Source of the DNA: a virus
Taxonomy: Duplodnaviria > Caudoviricetes
IMG/VR virus record: IMGVR_UViG_3300048631_000451
Span: 1-54,758 of that record
Reading direction: 5' to 3' (one strand)
DNA: 54,758 bases
The notes under the pieces were generated by a model. That model worked only from the letters and a program-made list of their open reading frames with translations, made no database searches and was not told the origin of the DNA. Of this stretch, positions 19,073 through 29,433 are shown piece after piece (the stretch's first letter is position 1; each line of letters starts with the position of its first letter). Made by a program: the position numbers and the translations under genes.

Positions 19073-20697
19073 TAAGCCACAACCTCACGCATCGTCGTTG
19101 CAATTGATACACTGTGTATTATGCCGCAGCCGTACACTTCAAACGCCCACGAATCGCCGCGTGTTGGGGGGAGTCTGAACGCAGCGCTAGGAATTTTACC
19201 GGGCTCAATGTGCAGCACTTCTATTTCGTCAGCAAAAATCCGTAAACCTGATTGGTTAACATTAACGCCTTTAACCATGCCACAAGCAAAGCTTATGTCT
19301 TGTGCTTCAAAGTCCTTAGAACGCCACTGATAACTCATAACAGACGGGCTGGATTCCCACTTGCTTAGGTTTCCTCCTTGGCATGTATATAACGCATCAT
19401 CAACTAAGCTGTTAAAGCCACAGTCTGCAGTTGCTGTAAAATGTCGAAAGTCACCTGTGATTGGATCAAAGATAAAGCCCTTATCCAAGTTAGCGCCATA
19501 AAATGCTAAATAGCGGCCCTCTTGGTGATAGGCTTCGATTGTTTGAGGATCGTACTCCTGCCATTGTTCGCGAGTAATTATTTGATTGGTCAGTATGCTG
19601 AGGCCACTTGTTGACAATGAAATTAAACCATCTGGACTTGCATAGATCAGCGAGCCATTAACAATAACTGCTGATCGCCCACTCACACACGCTTGATTAA
19701 ATTCCAATTTTTGACCAGCCATTGCACTAGGCGTGATACCACTGAACAAGTACGGGTAACCTTTAGTGAGTACCGCCAATGTATTGCCTAGCGCAGCAAC
19801 TGTCACAATGTCATGCTCTGTAGTCTGCTGATAGTCACTCGGCCATGCATAAGGCAAGTACGCCTCACTAAAGCAAACTGTGCTATCAAAAAAGCCTGCA
19901 AGTATGCCGTTTGCCATCGACGTTAAACCAATCATATTTTCGTTTGGCATTTCATAGTCGTATGTATCAAGTGCCGCACCTAATTCATCTCCTTGAATAT
20001 CATCAGTGAAAGCGTTTTGCGAGATTGGTATTTCAGCAACAAATAAATAATCAGCTGAGCCACCTCCGGTTGCAGTTCTATAAATACGTCTATGTGTTAT
20101 GTTTGATGCGTTCACGTTCGGCGGAGAAAATACCAGTGTTACATAGGTGCTATCTTCATCTGGATATTTAATTTCAACCCTTTGTGATGCTTCACCAGGT
20201 GGTCCTTCCTCACCTGCTGCAGTGACAAATGTATGAGTGTAATACCTTGTTTCGTCATCATTAGGATCAATGCTTGCACCATCTTCGTTTTCGTCAACGC
20301 CCTCAGTTACAGACGCTATAATTGGCACTTCTGGCGCTTGTACGCCTAACCGGTAAGATGCTGCAGGCATATTTGAGCCGCTGAATATTTCGTTGTTTGT
20401 TACTTTAGGGTATCCATCACCAGTAAAATACACACGTTGCCACGGATCATCAGCGATAGGACTTGGCACTGCATGAACGTGCTTATCCCACGCAAACCAA
20501 TATTGATTTAAGTATTGGTATATTGTCTTTGCTGTTTGAAGTACCGCGATACCGGTCAAAGCTGGGCGTTTTAGTGGTGATAGGTTGCCATTATCAAAAT
20601 GACAACCATATGCGATAGATGCAGATTCGTTGGGGAGTAAACGAGGATCGAGCTTAGGCCGTTCACCGGCAAAGGTTTTAACAGTGATTGCAGGCAT
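19072..20697 (-). CDS. Tail nozzle / tubular protein (beta-propeller)
   Basis: MPAITVKTFAGERPKLDPRLLP start, YTHTFVT..GEEGPP, IYRT and FSEAYLPYAWP motifs typical of podovirus nozzle proteins. Confidence 0.75.
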   Translation of the reverse strand: MPAITVKTFAGERPKLDPRLLPNESASIAYGCHFDNGNLSPLKRPALTGIAVLQTAKTIYQYLNQYWFAWDKHVHAVPSPIADDPWQRVYFTGDGYPKVTNNEIFSGSNMPAASYRLGVQAPEVPIIASVTEGVDENEDGASIDPNDDETRYYTHTFVTAAGEEGPPGEASQRVEIKYPDEDSTYVTLVFSPPNVNASNITHRRIYRTATGGGSADYLFVAEIPISQNAFTDDIQGDELGAALDTYDYEMPNENMIGLTSMANGILAGFFDSTVCFSEAYLPYAWPSDYQQTTEHDIVTVAALGNTLAVLTKGYPYLFSGITPSAMAGQKLEFNQACVSGRSAVIVNGSLIYASPDGLISLSTSGLSILTNQIITREQWQEYDPQTIEAYHQEGRYLAFYGANLDKGFIFDPITGDFRHFTATADCGFNSLVDDALYTCQGGNLSKWESSPSVMSYQWRSKDFEAQDISFACGMVKGVNVNQSGLRIFADEIEVLHIEPGKIPSAAFRLPPTRGDSWAFEVYGCGIIHSVSIATTMREVVA

Positions 20698-20737
20698 GGT
20701 AATTCGCTTTATGTAAGTTGAAGTAGAAAGGTGGGCG

Positions 20738-21067
20738 TTATTGGTTTAGCTTTATTACTTTGCTCTCCCACTTGTAAGCTTTGTAGCAATGTTTATCACC
20801 ATCGAAAGGCTTAGCTAAAAAATCAATGATGAGCATTTGATAGTTGTAACGCATATCCTGCCGCAACCTGTAGCTACGAGCGGAAATAGATTCAAGCTTG
20901 GTGCCATGGCAAATACTGCAAATTGTTATATCGATACTGTATAAGCTGTTGAAAGCCCAAGCACTGCCAAACAATGCAAATGCCGATAAAACAATAAAAG
21001 GCCCGATAAATAAAAGGCCACATAAAATATAGCCCGTTAACGTTCTAAAAGTTTTAATACTATCCAT
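20738..21067 (-). CDS. Small membrane protein downstream of the tail fibre
   Basis: Start reassigned to MDSIKTF. Hydrophobic N-terminal segment, E.ISAR and H-C motifs seen in small phage tail-region proteins. Confidence 0.6.
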   Translation of the reverse strand: MDSIKTFRTLTGYILCGLLFIGPFIVLSAFALFGSAWAFNSLYSIDITICSICHGTKLESISARSYRLRQDMRYNYQMLIIDFLAKPFDGDKHCYKAYKWESKVIKLNQ

Positions 21068-21074
21068 ATGACGT

Positions 21075-21707
21075 CTACTCAAAAAATGCCTTTCTTGCCA
21101 TAACAAATTGCAAGCCAAACTCTTTGAATTCGGCTTCATCGACAAGCGTCAATACTTGTGTGCCATCGCATGTTTCAGCGTTAAAATTAATAGGGAAAAA
21201 TTGGTCGCTAACTTCAAACTCCTTAGATAACTCAAGTGCACTTTTTAACGCAGACAAGCCATTTTGGTTTGACTCATTAAGTGATATATGAACCCCCTTG
21301 AACTCTATGCCAAGCGCTTTTGTAATTTGCTTTTGGTACGGCTCAAGCACCTCTTGTGGAGTTTGGAGTAGAGGTCTTTCGGGCGCCTCAGGTAATTCCA
21401 GTGGCAACGTTTCAACTTCCTTACCTTCATCGTTCAAATAGGTTGGTAAATTCGCATTGTGTTGCTCTATCTCATAAACACTAATTAAATAAGCAATGTA
21501 CTGTTCCGCCCAATCCCATTGTTCAACTTGTGCAAATTGTTCTGCAAACATTTCAATGTTTTGGACTTTGCCTTTTGCTATTAAATCAGGAATAAATTTA
21601 ACAATAGGGCGTTGTTTAAGCTTGGGAATGCCGTACTCGTCAACGACTGGCCCTTGCTCTTCATCCAGAACGATAAAATCTAAAATAGCGTCTAATTTAT
21701 TTGTCAT
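21075..21707 (-). CDS. Putative tail fibre assembly/chaperone protein
   Basis: Overlaps the fibre stop codon; C-terminal GIEFKGVHISLNESNQNGL resembles DUF4376-type fibre partners. Confidence 0.55.
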   Translation of the reverse strand: MTNKLDAILDFIVLDEEQGPVVDEYGIPKLKQRPIVKFIPDLIAKGKVQNIEMFAEQFAQVEQWDWAEQYIAYLISVYEIEQHNANLPTYLNDEGKEVETLPLELPEAPERPLLQTPQEVLEPYQKQITKALGIEFKGVHISLNESNQNGLSALKSALELSKEFEVSDQFFPINFNAETCDGTQVLTLVDEAEFKEFGLQFVMARKAFFE

Positions 21708-24648
21708 TTTTAATCCATCCTAATGGTTCAACACAACGGGCTGTGCCTACTAAAACAGTGTTACCGTTTTCGTCGAGCATTGTGGTTTGGTTATCGGCGA
21801 TATGAACTTTTCCATCATCTCCCCAGTCCGTGCCGTTATGTTTGAGTTCTGTGTATGCGTAGTTAATAAAAGCTTGCTGGTTTTCAACGACGTTATAGTT
21901 AAGCGCTTTAAAACCTGGGCTGTTATTAAGTGGTGCAATAATTCCTAAAGGCGGATGCTCTGTAAGAAGCGAACCTAAACCAATTAGCATTTCAAACCCA
22001 TCACCAAATTGAACTTTACTCAGAGATATCAGTTCTTGGTCTTTACCATTCCCTGAAGCGTTTTCACTTGTGAGTATTTTACCTGTCAATGAATACCCTA
22101 AAGTTCTCCCTGTTTCATCCCTAGCTCTAGAGCTAGCAAATATATAACCAAGACCCGATTTTTCATTATGAACAAAGGTATTCTTTGTACTTTCTGTTGT
22201 TTTACTTGCGCATGTATATGTAATTAAATATATTGCCGAGCTTGAAAAGCTACCCGTAAAACTATTTTTAGCATTCTGAAAAGTTAATGACGACCTACCC
22301 CAGTTTTGACCTAAATTCAAAGTGCTAATGGTATTGATGTGAGTTAGGCAAGGTCTTGTTCCTCTTGCTTCTTTGGAAGTACCATCTGGAACAATTGGAA
22401 TCCAAGCGCCAAGCCATCCCTCCTTCAAGTCATCGCAGAGTGAAATATTAGAAGGATCACCAATTACATCTATGTGAGTAAACGTACCTGATACCGAAGA
22501 GTTTAAATATTGAGGTATCCAGTACTCTGTCGGTACTTGAACATTTTGCGGAGCACCATCAGAAATAGGGTGAGTAAAACCCTCTAATAAATTTGCCTTA
22601 ATATACGTAGTAGATAATTCTATTATTTTAGCGCCATAAAACTTTGATGTTCCATCGGGCTTAACCCAGATAAAATCTCCAATACATAAATTTCGCTCAC
22701 TTCCAAGATTGGTCCCATAAATAGCTAGTGTTGGGTTTGCTGAGTTATAATAATAAGAGTTTCCAAGTGTAATAGCGGGAGCAAATATACGGAGTTTCTC
22801 ACGACCTCGATACGTTCCTGATTTTATAGCCTTATCTTGAGTTGAAAAATCTTCAGGCTTTAGGCCCCAAGCTGAAAAACACATATCACGGCAAACCCCA
22901 CCTTGTCCGCCTTCATAGTTGGCGTCATAATAACGACCATCAGGTCTTCCTGATGCTTGATAAAGCATTCTCCCAAAGTCTTTATTGGCTCTTGCTCCAC
23001 CATCTTGCTCCAAAATCATGCAGTCAGCCAAAGTGCTATATTGTTTAGTGGTAACATCCCAGGTATCACCACCTGATGCCTCAGAGCCTACACGAACAAA
23101 TCTATTTGCTCCCAAAGAATTAATACTTGGGTGATATGCTCCTTGATTAAGCCGGCTTTGTGTTCCCCCTACAAAAAAGAAACATTCTCCATCTACACCA
23201 CCATATGCTGCCATTGTGTTACTAAATGGACGGAAAAGACCTATCTGATTTTTAGTTAATGTTGCTGAGGCTTGCTCACCATAATAGTGATGTCCTGTAT
23301 TATCTACAAAAGGATTTCCTGTGTGAGGAATGTCTGCTTTGCCTTGAACTGCCACTCTATTGTAAAGATCATATCTTAAAGAGAGTAGATTTGTTGCCGC
23401 GTTGATATCCCCCCAATCACCATTACCAACCCCAGCAAAACTTCGCCCCCGAATACACCATTGGTAAAACTTACCCGTTTCATCATCAAAGAAAATATTG
23501 TTGTTAGGGTCGCTCGCTATCCCAATGCGCTGCGCTTCATTTGCTGTTTGCCAATTTACACCTTTGCCACGGCTTGCGATATCACCTTCATACCACGCAA
23601 AGTATGAAGCCGGACGAACATTGTCATTAACTGTATTAACGCCATTTATGCTTGCTGCTTGAGATTGAATTAATCCGTTATTATAAACAAACGGATCAGC
23701 ATCATTTATTTCACGCAAAAATGCTTCAAACCCCCACAGGTCTACACGCTCTGTAACAACTTTATTTGTATCCGTCTCGCTTGCAAACGCTATAGAAGCG
23801 GATGCGTGTTTGACAGAAACACCTGTAGCACTATCATATGTTCGAGTGCCATCCTCTGTGGGAGGAAGCTTAATATTAGAGGCTATATTTGGATGTATAA
23901 TACTTAAGTGTTCGATTTTAGTTACAACACCCGCAATATTAACTGTCGCATAATTTGTTTTTGAATTGCCAATGGCCACGGCGCTATCCGCTGTCACCCC
24001 CAAATGTAGATTGTCTAAAAAGTCTCCTGTAGAGATATTCCCTGTATAGAAGCCTTCATTAACCTCAATATAATTAGAACTATCAAGTTTTTTACCCTTG
24101 TGAACAAAACCACTGGCTGCAAACTTTTCATTATTAGCTGCACGGCGAGCTTCAAATTCAACTTTACGCATGGCCCACGGAAAGGGGTGAATAGCATCTA
24201 GTTCAGCAAGTTTATTATCATGGTCTCGTACCATTTGCGAAGGTGTTTTTAGAGCCTGTTTAACGCCATGGCTATCTGTTACCTCTTCGCTCGCTTCACC
24301 AGAGTTTAACCAACTTCGCAATTCATCTAAAAACAATTGCTTTTGGTTAAACTGGACTGATATTTGACCAGCTATGCGGGTAAGGATAGTACCGGACGTA
24401 TTACGGATAATCGCATAATTTTCACCATTCGAAGTACTCCCTTCAAAAACACGGTCTAATGTGATGCTTGTATCACTATTTACTGCCGTTACTTCGTACC
24501 ACGTTTTAGTATCAAGCGTAAAAATGTCTCCAATTGCAATAGAGATAACATCATTTTGCCAGTTTGTACCAACACCGGTTACTGATTGACTACCAACTGT
24601 TACGTTTACTGTTCCTACGCGATACCACGCGCCTGCACTTGCTGTCAT
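21697..24648 (-). CDS. Lateral tail fibre / receptor-binding protein (983 aa)
   Basis: N-terminal anchor WYRVGTVNVTVGSQSVTGVGTNW..GD....YEV..VNSDTSITL; follows the adaptor genes. Confidence 0.85.
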   Translation of the reverse strand: MTASAGAWYRVGTVNVTVGSQSVTGVGTNWQNDVISIAIGDIFTLDTKTWYEVTAVNSDTSITLDRVFEGSTSNGENYAIIRNTSGTILTRIAGQISVQFNQKQLFLDELRSWLNSGEASEEVTDSHGVKQALKTPSQMVRDHDNKLAELDAIHPFPWAMRKVEFEARRAANNEKFAASGFVHKGKKLDSSNYIEVNEGFYTGNISTGDFLDNLHLGVTADSAVAIGNSKTNYATVNIAGVVTKIEHLSIIHPNIASNIKLPPTEDGTRTYDSATGVSVKHASASIAFASETDTNKVVTERVDLWGFEAFLREINDADPFVYNNGLIQSQAASINGVNTVNDNVRPASYFAWYEGDIASRGKGVNWQTANEAQRIGIASDPNNNIFFDDETGKFYQWCIRGRSFAGVGNGDWGDINAATNLLSLRYDLYNRVAVQGKADIPHTGNPFVDNTGHHYYGEQASATLTKNQIGLFRPFSNTMAAYGGVDGECFFFVGGTQSRLNQGAYHPSINSLGANRFVRVGSEASGGDTWDVTTKQYSTLADCMILEQDGGARANKDFGRMLYQASGRPDGRYYDANYEGGQGGVCRDMCFSAWGLKPEDFSTQDKAIKSGTYRGREKLRIFAPAITLGNSYYYNSANPTLAIYGTNLGSERNLCIGDFIWVKPDGTSKFYGAKIIELSTTYIKANLLEGFTHPISDGAPQNVQVPTEYWIPQYLNSSVSGTFTHIDVIGDPSNISLCDDLKEGWLGAWIPIVPDGTSKEARGTRPCLTHINTISTLNLGQNWGRSSLTFQNAKNSFTGSFSSSAIYLITYTCASKTTESTKNTFVHNEKSGLGYIFASSRARDETGRTLGYSLTGKILTSENASGNGKDQELISLSKVQFGDGFEMLIGLGSLLTEHPPLGIIAPLNNSPGFKALNYNVVENQQAFINYAYTELKHNGTDWGDDGKVHIADNQTTMLDENGNTVLVGTARCVEPLGWIKNDK

Positions 24649-24649
24649 A

Positions 24650-25303
24650 TTACTGCCCCTTTTGCTGACCCATCATTGCACTATCAGCTTGATTCTTCTG
24701 CCCCAGCTGGTTCTCAAAAGCTTGTAAGTGCATAGTGCTCTTGTTTGGATCTGCCGCATATTCAGCGTCTTTCATATAAGAGCGGTATAAGATCCATTCA
24801 ATGATGGCGTTGACGTATATATCATCTAATGCAATGACTTCACTTGCATTGTGAGCAATCATATTAATTGACGCCGGTGCTTTTGAATAAGCTAGTGTTA
24901 ATTGAACGCCAGCTGTTACACCTGGATAAACGTAAAAGGTTTTTGGAACACGTTCGTCATAGATATAGAGCTGAACTTCTGCAGCATCAGTTCCTGCGTA
25001 CCAGTTCTCATGGTTATCATCGAGCACTTGACGGTTATATGGACCGCGAATAGCCTTGCCGGTTGCGTTACGAGTGATATCAATCAATCGGAGTGCATCT
25101 GCTGGCAGTGCTTGTTTTGTGCCTTCTACACATGCAAAATCATCAATATCAATGCTATATGAATCAGGGCGGCGTAGAACAATTGCTCGCTGCGCATCAT
25201 TCAAGTAATTCAATAACTCTTCTTCCGGCCAGCGAACAAAGCCAGGATCGTTTAGTAACTTATTTACTCGCGTGGTAATTTCTTTAGATGTGACAATAGC
25301 CAT
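24650..25303 (-). CDS. Head-tail adaptor protein (DUF6682-like)
   Basis: VRWPEEELLNYLNDAQR..RPD, FYVYP and YRSYMKDAEYA motifs. Confidence 0.8.
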   Translation of the reverse strand: MAIVTSKEITTRVNKLLNDPGFVRWPEEELLNYLNDAQRAIVLRRPDSYSIDIDDFACVEGTKQALPADALRLIDITRNATGKAIRGPYNRQVLDDNHENWYAGTDAAEVQLYIYDERVPKTFYVYPGVTAGVQLTLAYSKAPASINMIAHNASEVIALDDIYVNAIIEWILYRSYMKDAEYAADPNKSTMHLQAFENQLGQKNQADSAMMGQQKGQ

Positions 25304-25863
25304 TAGTAAAACTCTCTTGGTTTAATTGGTCGCTGTTCGTCCAGCTCATTGATAGCTTCGCGGTATGCAAGGCGGTAACCGTCTACAAAATTACGACGGT
25401 AGTGCTCTGAAAAATTAATGTCAGTCCATTGGGTATTAGGCATTTTCATGAGTGTTGATGCGGCACCATCGGCAAGGTAATCAGCATACTTGCTGATAAG
25501 CGTGTCATTTGCGTCAAAGTCATCAGAGAGTGAGAACAACGGTGTAATGTAATAAAACACTTTAAAGGCTGAAGTATTCTTTGTTAAAAACACTTCGCCA
25601 TTCACTGATACGTTGTAATCAAGTCCACGTTCTAGCTCATGACCGTTAGTATCGAGAACAAAACTAACGCCCCCAAACGAATGCTCATCATCAATGGTTA
25701 ACAGTGCTGCCTCACCTTGATTGAATTGTTGTGAGCGAGCCAAATACAAAGACTCAGCGCAAAACTTTTGATATGCACGCTTAAGATGATCAAGTGCAAA
25801 TTTCTCAAGAACGCCACCGCAACGCTCTCGAACGAGCGGGATCAAGGTAGACAGCTGAGCCAT
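25303..25863 (-). CDS. Head-tail adaptor protein
   Basis: 186 aa, FC.ES, LADGA..LMKMP..W motifs; position before the second adaptor. Confidence 0.7.
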   Translation of the reverse strand: MAQLSTLIPLVRERCGGVLEKFALDHLKRAYQKFCAESLYLARSQQFNQGEAALLTIDDEHSFGGVSFVLDTNGHELERGLDYNVSVNGEVFLTKNTSAFKVFYYITPLFSLSDDFDANDTLISKYADYLADGAASTLMKMPNTQWTDINFSEHYRRNFVDGYRLAYREAINELDEQRPIKPREFY

Positions 25864-25865
25864 GA

Positions 25866-26306
25866 TTATTCCTCGCCCTCTTCACTCGTTAAGGCACGAA
25901 ATGCATCACGCACTTTTTTGCGGTAGTCATCTACTGGCTTTTTAGGGCCTTCAATTTCTAATTCATGCGCGACAACAAAGGTATCTAGCTGTTTTGAACT
26001 GTACTTAGCAAGATCAACTTCTTCGCCTTCAACAATCACTACCATGTTGGCATCAGCTTCAGCTTTCTTAGCGGCTTCTTCTGCAGCAAGTCGCTCTTCT
26101 TCAGCCAGTTTGTCCAGCATTTTTTGTCGCTCAAGAACGCCTTCTAGCTGACTTTCCTTTACCCACACGGTAGGAAAATCCAAAAAGCGTGGCGCTAATG
26201 CATCATCTACCGGAATAGGTTCATGACGTTTAAAAATGAGGCGCGTACCACACACGGTATCTTTCTTTACTGGTTTTGAACCAATATAAACAATATTCGT
26301 AGCCAT
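25866..26306 (-). CDS. Conserved phage morphogenesis protein
   Basis: Start reassigned to MATNIVYIG (GGAG RBS); YIG.K..KKDTV motif. Confidence 0.7.
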   Translation of the reverse strand: MATNIVYIGSKPVKKDTVCGTRLIFKRHEPIPVDDALAPRFLDFPTVWVKESQLEGVLERQKMLDKLAEEERLAAEEAAKKAEADANMVVIVEGEEVDLAKYSSKQLDTFVVAHELEIEGPKKPVDDYRKKVRDAFRALTSEEGEE

Positions 26307-26337
26307 TCTAATGACTCCATAAGTCAATAATTCAAAT

Positions 26338-26362
26338 AAAAAACCCTGCATGAGCAGGGTTT
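26338..26362 (-). terminator. Intrinsic terminator after the capsid/cement genes
   Basis: Minus strand AAACCCTGC-tcat-GCAGGGTTTTTT. Confidence 0.8.
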
Positions 26363-26383
26363 AAGTTCAGTATCAAGCTGCTT

Positions 26384-26776
26384 TTAGTAGCCTTTGAATC
26401 GATACTCGATTTGCAATATTACTTCGCCAGTAGCAGCACCAACGCCTGAGTTTTCAATGACCAAATCACTCGGTCCGGTATCACCAATGTAGATAGGTTT
26501 TACCGGCGTCACATCAGTGCCAGCAGCAACCGTATCAACAACTGACAGCTCTGTTTCAGTACCATTTGAATCAACAAGCTTTGTCGTTAGCTCTGTGTCT
26601 GCGCCAAGCGCACCATTAATAACGCGAATACCGGTTACTTGTGTACCAATAGGCAGTTGCTCGGCTGCAATGACCGTTGAACCCGCAGCTAATGCAGCTA
26701 GCGATAGCGTAAGCACGTGTAATGACAAATTACCTTGCGCACCACGATAAAATGTTTCTTTCATAATCTTGTTCAC
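26384..26776 (-). CDS. Capsid cement/decoration protein
   Basis: 130 aa beta-rich protein directly after the MCP and before a terminator. Confidence 0.7.
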   Translation of the reverse strand: MNKIMKETFYRGAQGNLSLHVLTLSLAALAAGSTVIAAEQLPIGTQVTGIRVINGALGADTELTTKLVDSNGTETELSVVDTVAAGTDVTPVKPIYIGDTGPSDLVIENSGVGAATGEVILQIEYRFKGY

Positions 26777-26822
26777 TATTTAAAAGTTAGAATGAAAAGG
26801 CGGTATGAACCTCCTTTATGAT

Positions 26823-28037
26823 TTACTGAAGTGTTACAGCAGTATCGAGAACCATTGTGCCGTAATCATTTACACGGCCTTCACGGTCCGCAAATCGCAC
26901 TTTTTTACAGCCGTTCATCCAAACAATGGCTGTTTCATTGCCGTTGTCATGGTCGACTTTCTTCGTGCTCATGTGGAAGTGAGTACCTGACTCTGCTTTA
27001 CCATACGCATTACCTAGCGCTTGACCACCCAGCAAGATAGCACGATCGATATCCGCACCCGCTGTTACTTGTTTGGTCGTTGCTAACTTGTCATTGTTTG
27101 AAACAGTAACAGTGTCACCTGCATAGAAACGCACAGGCTTACGATATTGACGAACAAGAATGTTACGCCACATGATCACATCACCTTTGAATACTGGATG
27201 ATTGAAGCCACGACCACGCGCCATTGCACGAGACATAAGCTCTTGCATTTTCTTCTCTGACGCACTGTTCCATAAGTCACGCCACTGACGCGGAGTAACA
27301 AACAGGATGAAGAACGGTGACTCGTTAGCCATTTCGTCTTTTTCAAACGAAATATGTTTCATTGGGTTTTGCTGCTCTTCAAGGATCAACGCTAAGTCAT
27401 CTAATTTGTCTAACGTTAAAATGTCTGCTGGATCCAAGGTTTCAAAAGACGTTGCGTCACCACCAAAGATATGGCGGTCATATGTAGGCGCTTGCACTTC
27501 ATTAACCATGATTTCGTTAAACTCTTCATGGTCTTCAAGTGGGACAATAATGTCACTTGGGTTAAATGAACCACGTGCACCTGCCAGGTGATACATTGCC
27601 ACTTCATCTTTGAGGTCGTTGTAGTAATTACCTAGAAGCGTTTTAGCAGTACTAAGCAGGTTATGCTTAGTACGCTTTTGGCTCATCTTACCGCCCGAAT
27701 CAACCATTTTACGGCCTTGGTCAATGCGTAATTCAAACACTGTTTTGCTTAAGCTCTCGCCGCGGCCTTCTAGTTTCTTATCACCCATTGTTGGCAAACC
27801 ATTTAGGTTGTGGAATAAATCCATTTCAACCGTATCACCGGCTTGTGATTCCAAGTCACGGATCATAACAATTGGCGCACCTTTCTCGGTTTGGTTTTTG
27901 CCATGATTTGTGTCTTTTTTCGCAGATTGCGGAGCACCGCCGGTCAACATGTTTACAAACGTGTTTTGACGGCGAGTGTGTGTAAACAGGGCTGCGCCAA
28001 ATGCTTTTGCAGCCTGTGCTCTAGTGATCGTACTCAT
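26823..28037 (-). CDS. Major capsid protein, N4-gp56/DUF4043 family (933W-like)
   Basis: APIV..DL..QAGD.V, PTMGD..LEGRGE.L, I.QGR..VD.GG.MSQ.RTK, HLAGARG, IDRAILLGGQAL motifs; 404 aa. Confidence 0.93.
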   Translation of the reverse strand: MSTITRAQAAKAFGAALFTHTRRQNTFVNMLTGGAPQSAKKDTNHGKNQTEKGAPIVMIRDLESQAGDTVEMDLFHNLNGLPTMGDKKLEGRGESLSKTVFELRIDQGRKMVDSGGKMSQKRTKHNLLSTAKTLLGNYYNDLKDEVAMYHLAGARGSFNPSDIIVPLEDHEEFNEIMVNEVQAPTYDRHIFGGDATSFETLDPADILTLDKLDDLALILEEQQNPMKHISFEKDEMANESPFFILFVTPRQWRDLWNSASEKKMQELMSRAMARGRGFNHPVFKGDVIMWRNILVRQYRKPVRFYAGDTVTVSNNDKLATTKQVTAGADIDRAILLGGQALGNAYGKAESGTHFHMSTKKVDHDNGNETAIVWMNGCKKVRFADREGRVNDYGTMVLDTAVTLQ

Positions 28038-28047
28038 TATTTAATTC

Positions 28048-29097
28048 CTAGAATAAAACGTCCGACGCTTCGGATAACAAGGCATCGATCTGAGCTTCTG
28101 TCATATTAGACATTTCATCAGTCATCGTTGCCGCGTCCTTATCGAGCAAACTTGCATTTGCGCTAAGGTCGCTTGCTTGTGATCCTAAGTCGGTCGGTGA
28201 ATTGGGGATTGCAGCAGATGGGACTTCGCTTGGCTTAGGCTTATGTTGCTCTCCAAACGCTGACTGGACGCGCTTTTCAACTTCTGCAAAGCGCTCTGCT
28301 ACTGATTTATTTTTAAAAGACGGGTCACTTGCGAGCTTTTCATCTATAACTTGGGCCATTTCCCATTTATCTGAATCATTATCACGCCACGACTTCAGAT
28401 GCTTTGAACTTTCAAAAGCAGTTTGTACTGGGTTGTCACTGACAGACTCTTGCTCTTGATTTTCTTGGGATGCTTGCTTATTAGCGTTGTGCTCTCGGAG
28501 TTGTTCAGCTAAAGCGCCGACCATTTCCCCTAAGTCTGGATATTCCTCTTTAATACGAGCCAACAATTCAGGATCTTCAAGCATTTGCTTAGGTAATTTA
28601 CGTGCGTCGATACCCGCCTCTTTTAACTGACTGCTGTGCAATTCAGCTAACTGCTTAGTTTCTTCGTACTTGCTTTCCAGCTCTGCTTTTTCATCGGCTA
28701 TACGTTGGCTTACCGCTTCTGCGTCTGCCGCACGTTGTCTCGCTTTGACTAGTACATCGTAAGGCAAGCTGTGCTGGCCGTTCTTACTCGTAATGTCTGT
28801 TGCTTCAACGTAGTATTTACCGTCGATTTCCACAAAACCTTCAGGCACATCACCTTTTTGCTCACTTGCTTCGGTTGACGATTCCGGTTTTACGTCTGTT
28901 TCAGCTTGTTCTTTGCCTTGGTCCTGTTCGGCTTCTGCTTCCGCTGTAGGCTCTTCTTTAGTGTCTACTACAGGCTCGCTTACTTCGCTGCCATCTTCAT
29001 CACCAAAAAGCGTGTCACCATCAAGATCAACATCGGCCAGTGCCGCTTCGATTTCTTCTGGTGTACCGTTTTCTAAAATATCGTCGAGATTATCCAC
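28048..29097 (-). CDS. Capsid scaffolding protein
   Basis: GTG start with GGAG RBS; acidic disordered N-terminus, KNGQHSLPYDVL motif and coiled coil; immediately upstream of the MCP. Confidence 0.8.
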   Translation of the reverse strand: MDNLDDILENGTPEEIEAALADVDLDGDTLFGDEDGSEVSEPVVDTKEEPTAEAEAEQDQGKEQAETDVKPESSTEASEQKGDVPEGFVEIDGKYYVEATDITSKNGQHSLPYDVLVKARQRAADAEAVSQRIADEKAELESKYEETKQLAELHSSQLKEAGIDARKLPKQMLEDPELLARIKEEYPDLGEMVGALAEQLREHNANKQASQENQEQESVSDNPVQTAFESSKHLKSWRDNDSDKWEMAQVIDEKLASDPSFKNKSVAERFAEVEKRVQSAFGEQHKPKPSEVPSAAIPNSPTDLGSQASDLSANASLLDKDAATMTDEMSNMTEAQIDALLSEASDVLF

Positions 29098-29184
29098 TTA
29101 TGACTCCATCACTATTTGACACATAGCTGCGAAAATTAAAGTTGTAGGCTGTACGCTGCCTTTGCGAGTTGTTGTGCATCGCAC

Positions 29185-29218
29185 AAAAAAGCCGCCTTGG
29201 GTTTCCCTAAAGCGGCTT
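29185..29218 (-). terminator. Intrinsic terminator upstream of the scaffold gene
   Basis: Minus strand AAGCCGCTTTAGGG-aaa-CCCAAGGCGGCTTTTTT. Confidence 0.8.
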
Positions 29219-29251
29219 AATTTCTGCGTAGTACATACTTAATTGGATTTA

Positions 29252-29431
29252 TTACCGGTAAGGTTTACGTAATCTCACATCAACACTTCCCCAGCTAATT
29301 ACATAAACTGGTTTGCGTTGCTTAATACTTTGATTTATTGGTTCTGGCTTTAATTGTTGTATTTGATGGCTTTCAACAGGCTTGAAAGCTGGCATTATGA
29401 ACTTTAAAAAGAAGTGTTTTAATAAGTTCAT
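29252..29431 (-). CDS. Small 59-aa hypothetical protein (not in the ORF track)
   Basis: MNLLKHFFLKFIMPAFKPVESHQ...YVISWGSVDVRLRKPYR*. Starts 2 nt after the upstream stop and fills the gap before the terminator. Confidence 0.5.
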   Translation of the reverse strand: MNLLKHFFLKFIMPAFKPVESHQIQQLKPEPINQSIKQRKPVYVISWGSVDVRLRKPYR

Positions 29432-29433
29432 AT

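Noticed and set aside
19160-19175. Third copy of the late-promoter G6 element
   Set aside because: Lies inside the nozzle CDS (LPPT codons) and lacks the TAGTAT and -35 boxes
12605-24648. Diversity-generating retroelement or invertible tail-fibre cassette
   Set aside because: No reverse transcriptase or invertase ORF in the window, and I saw no TR/VR pair differing at adenines; the repeats are degenerate coding repeats
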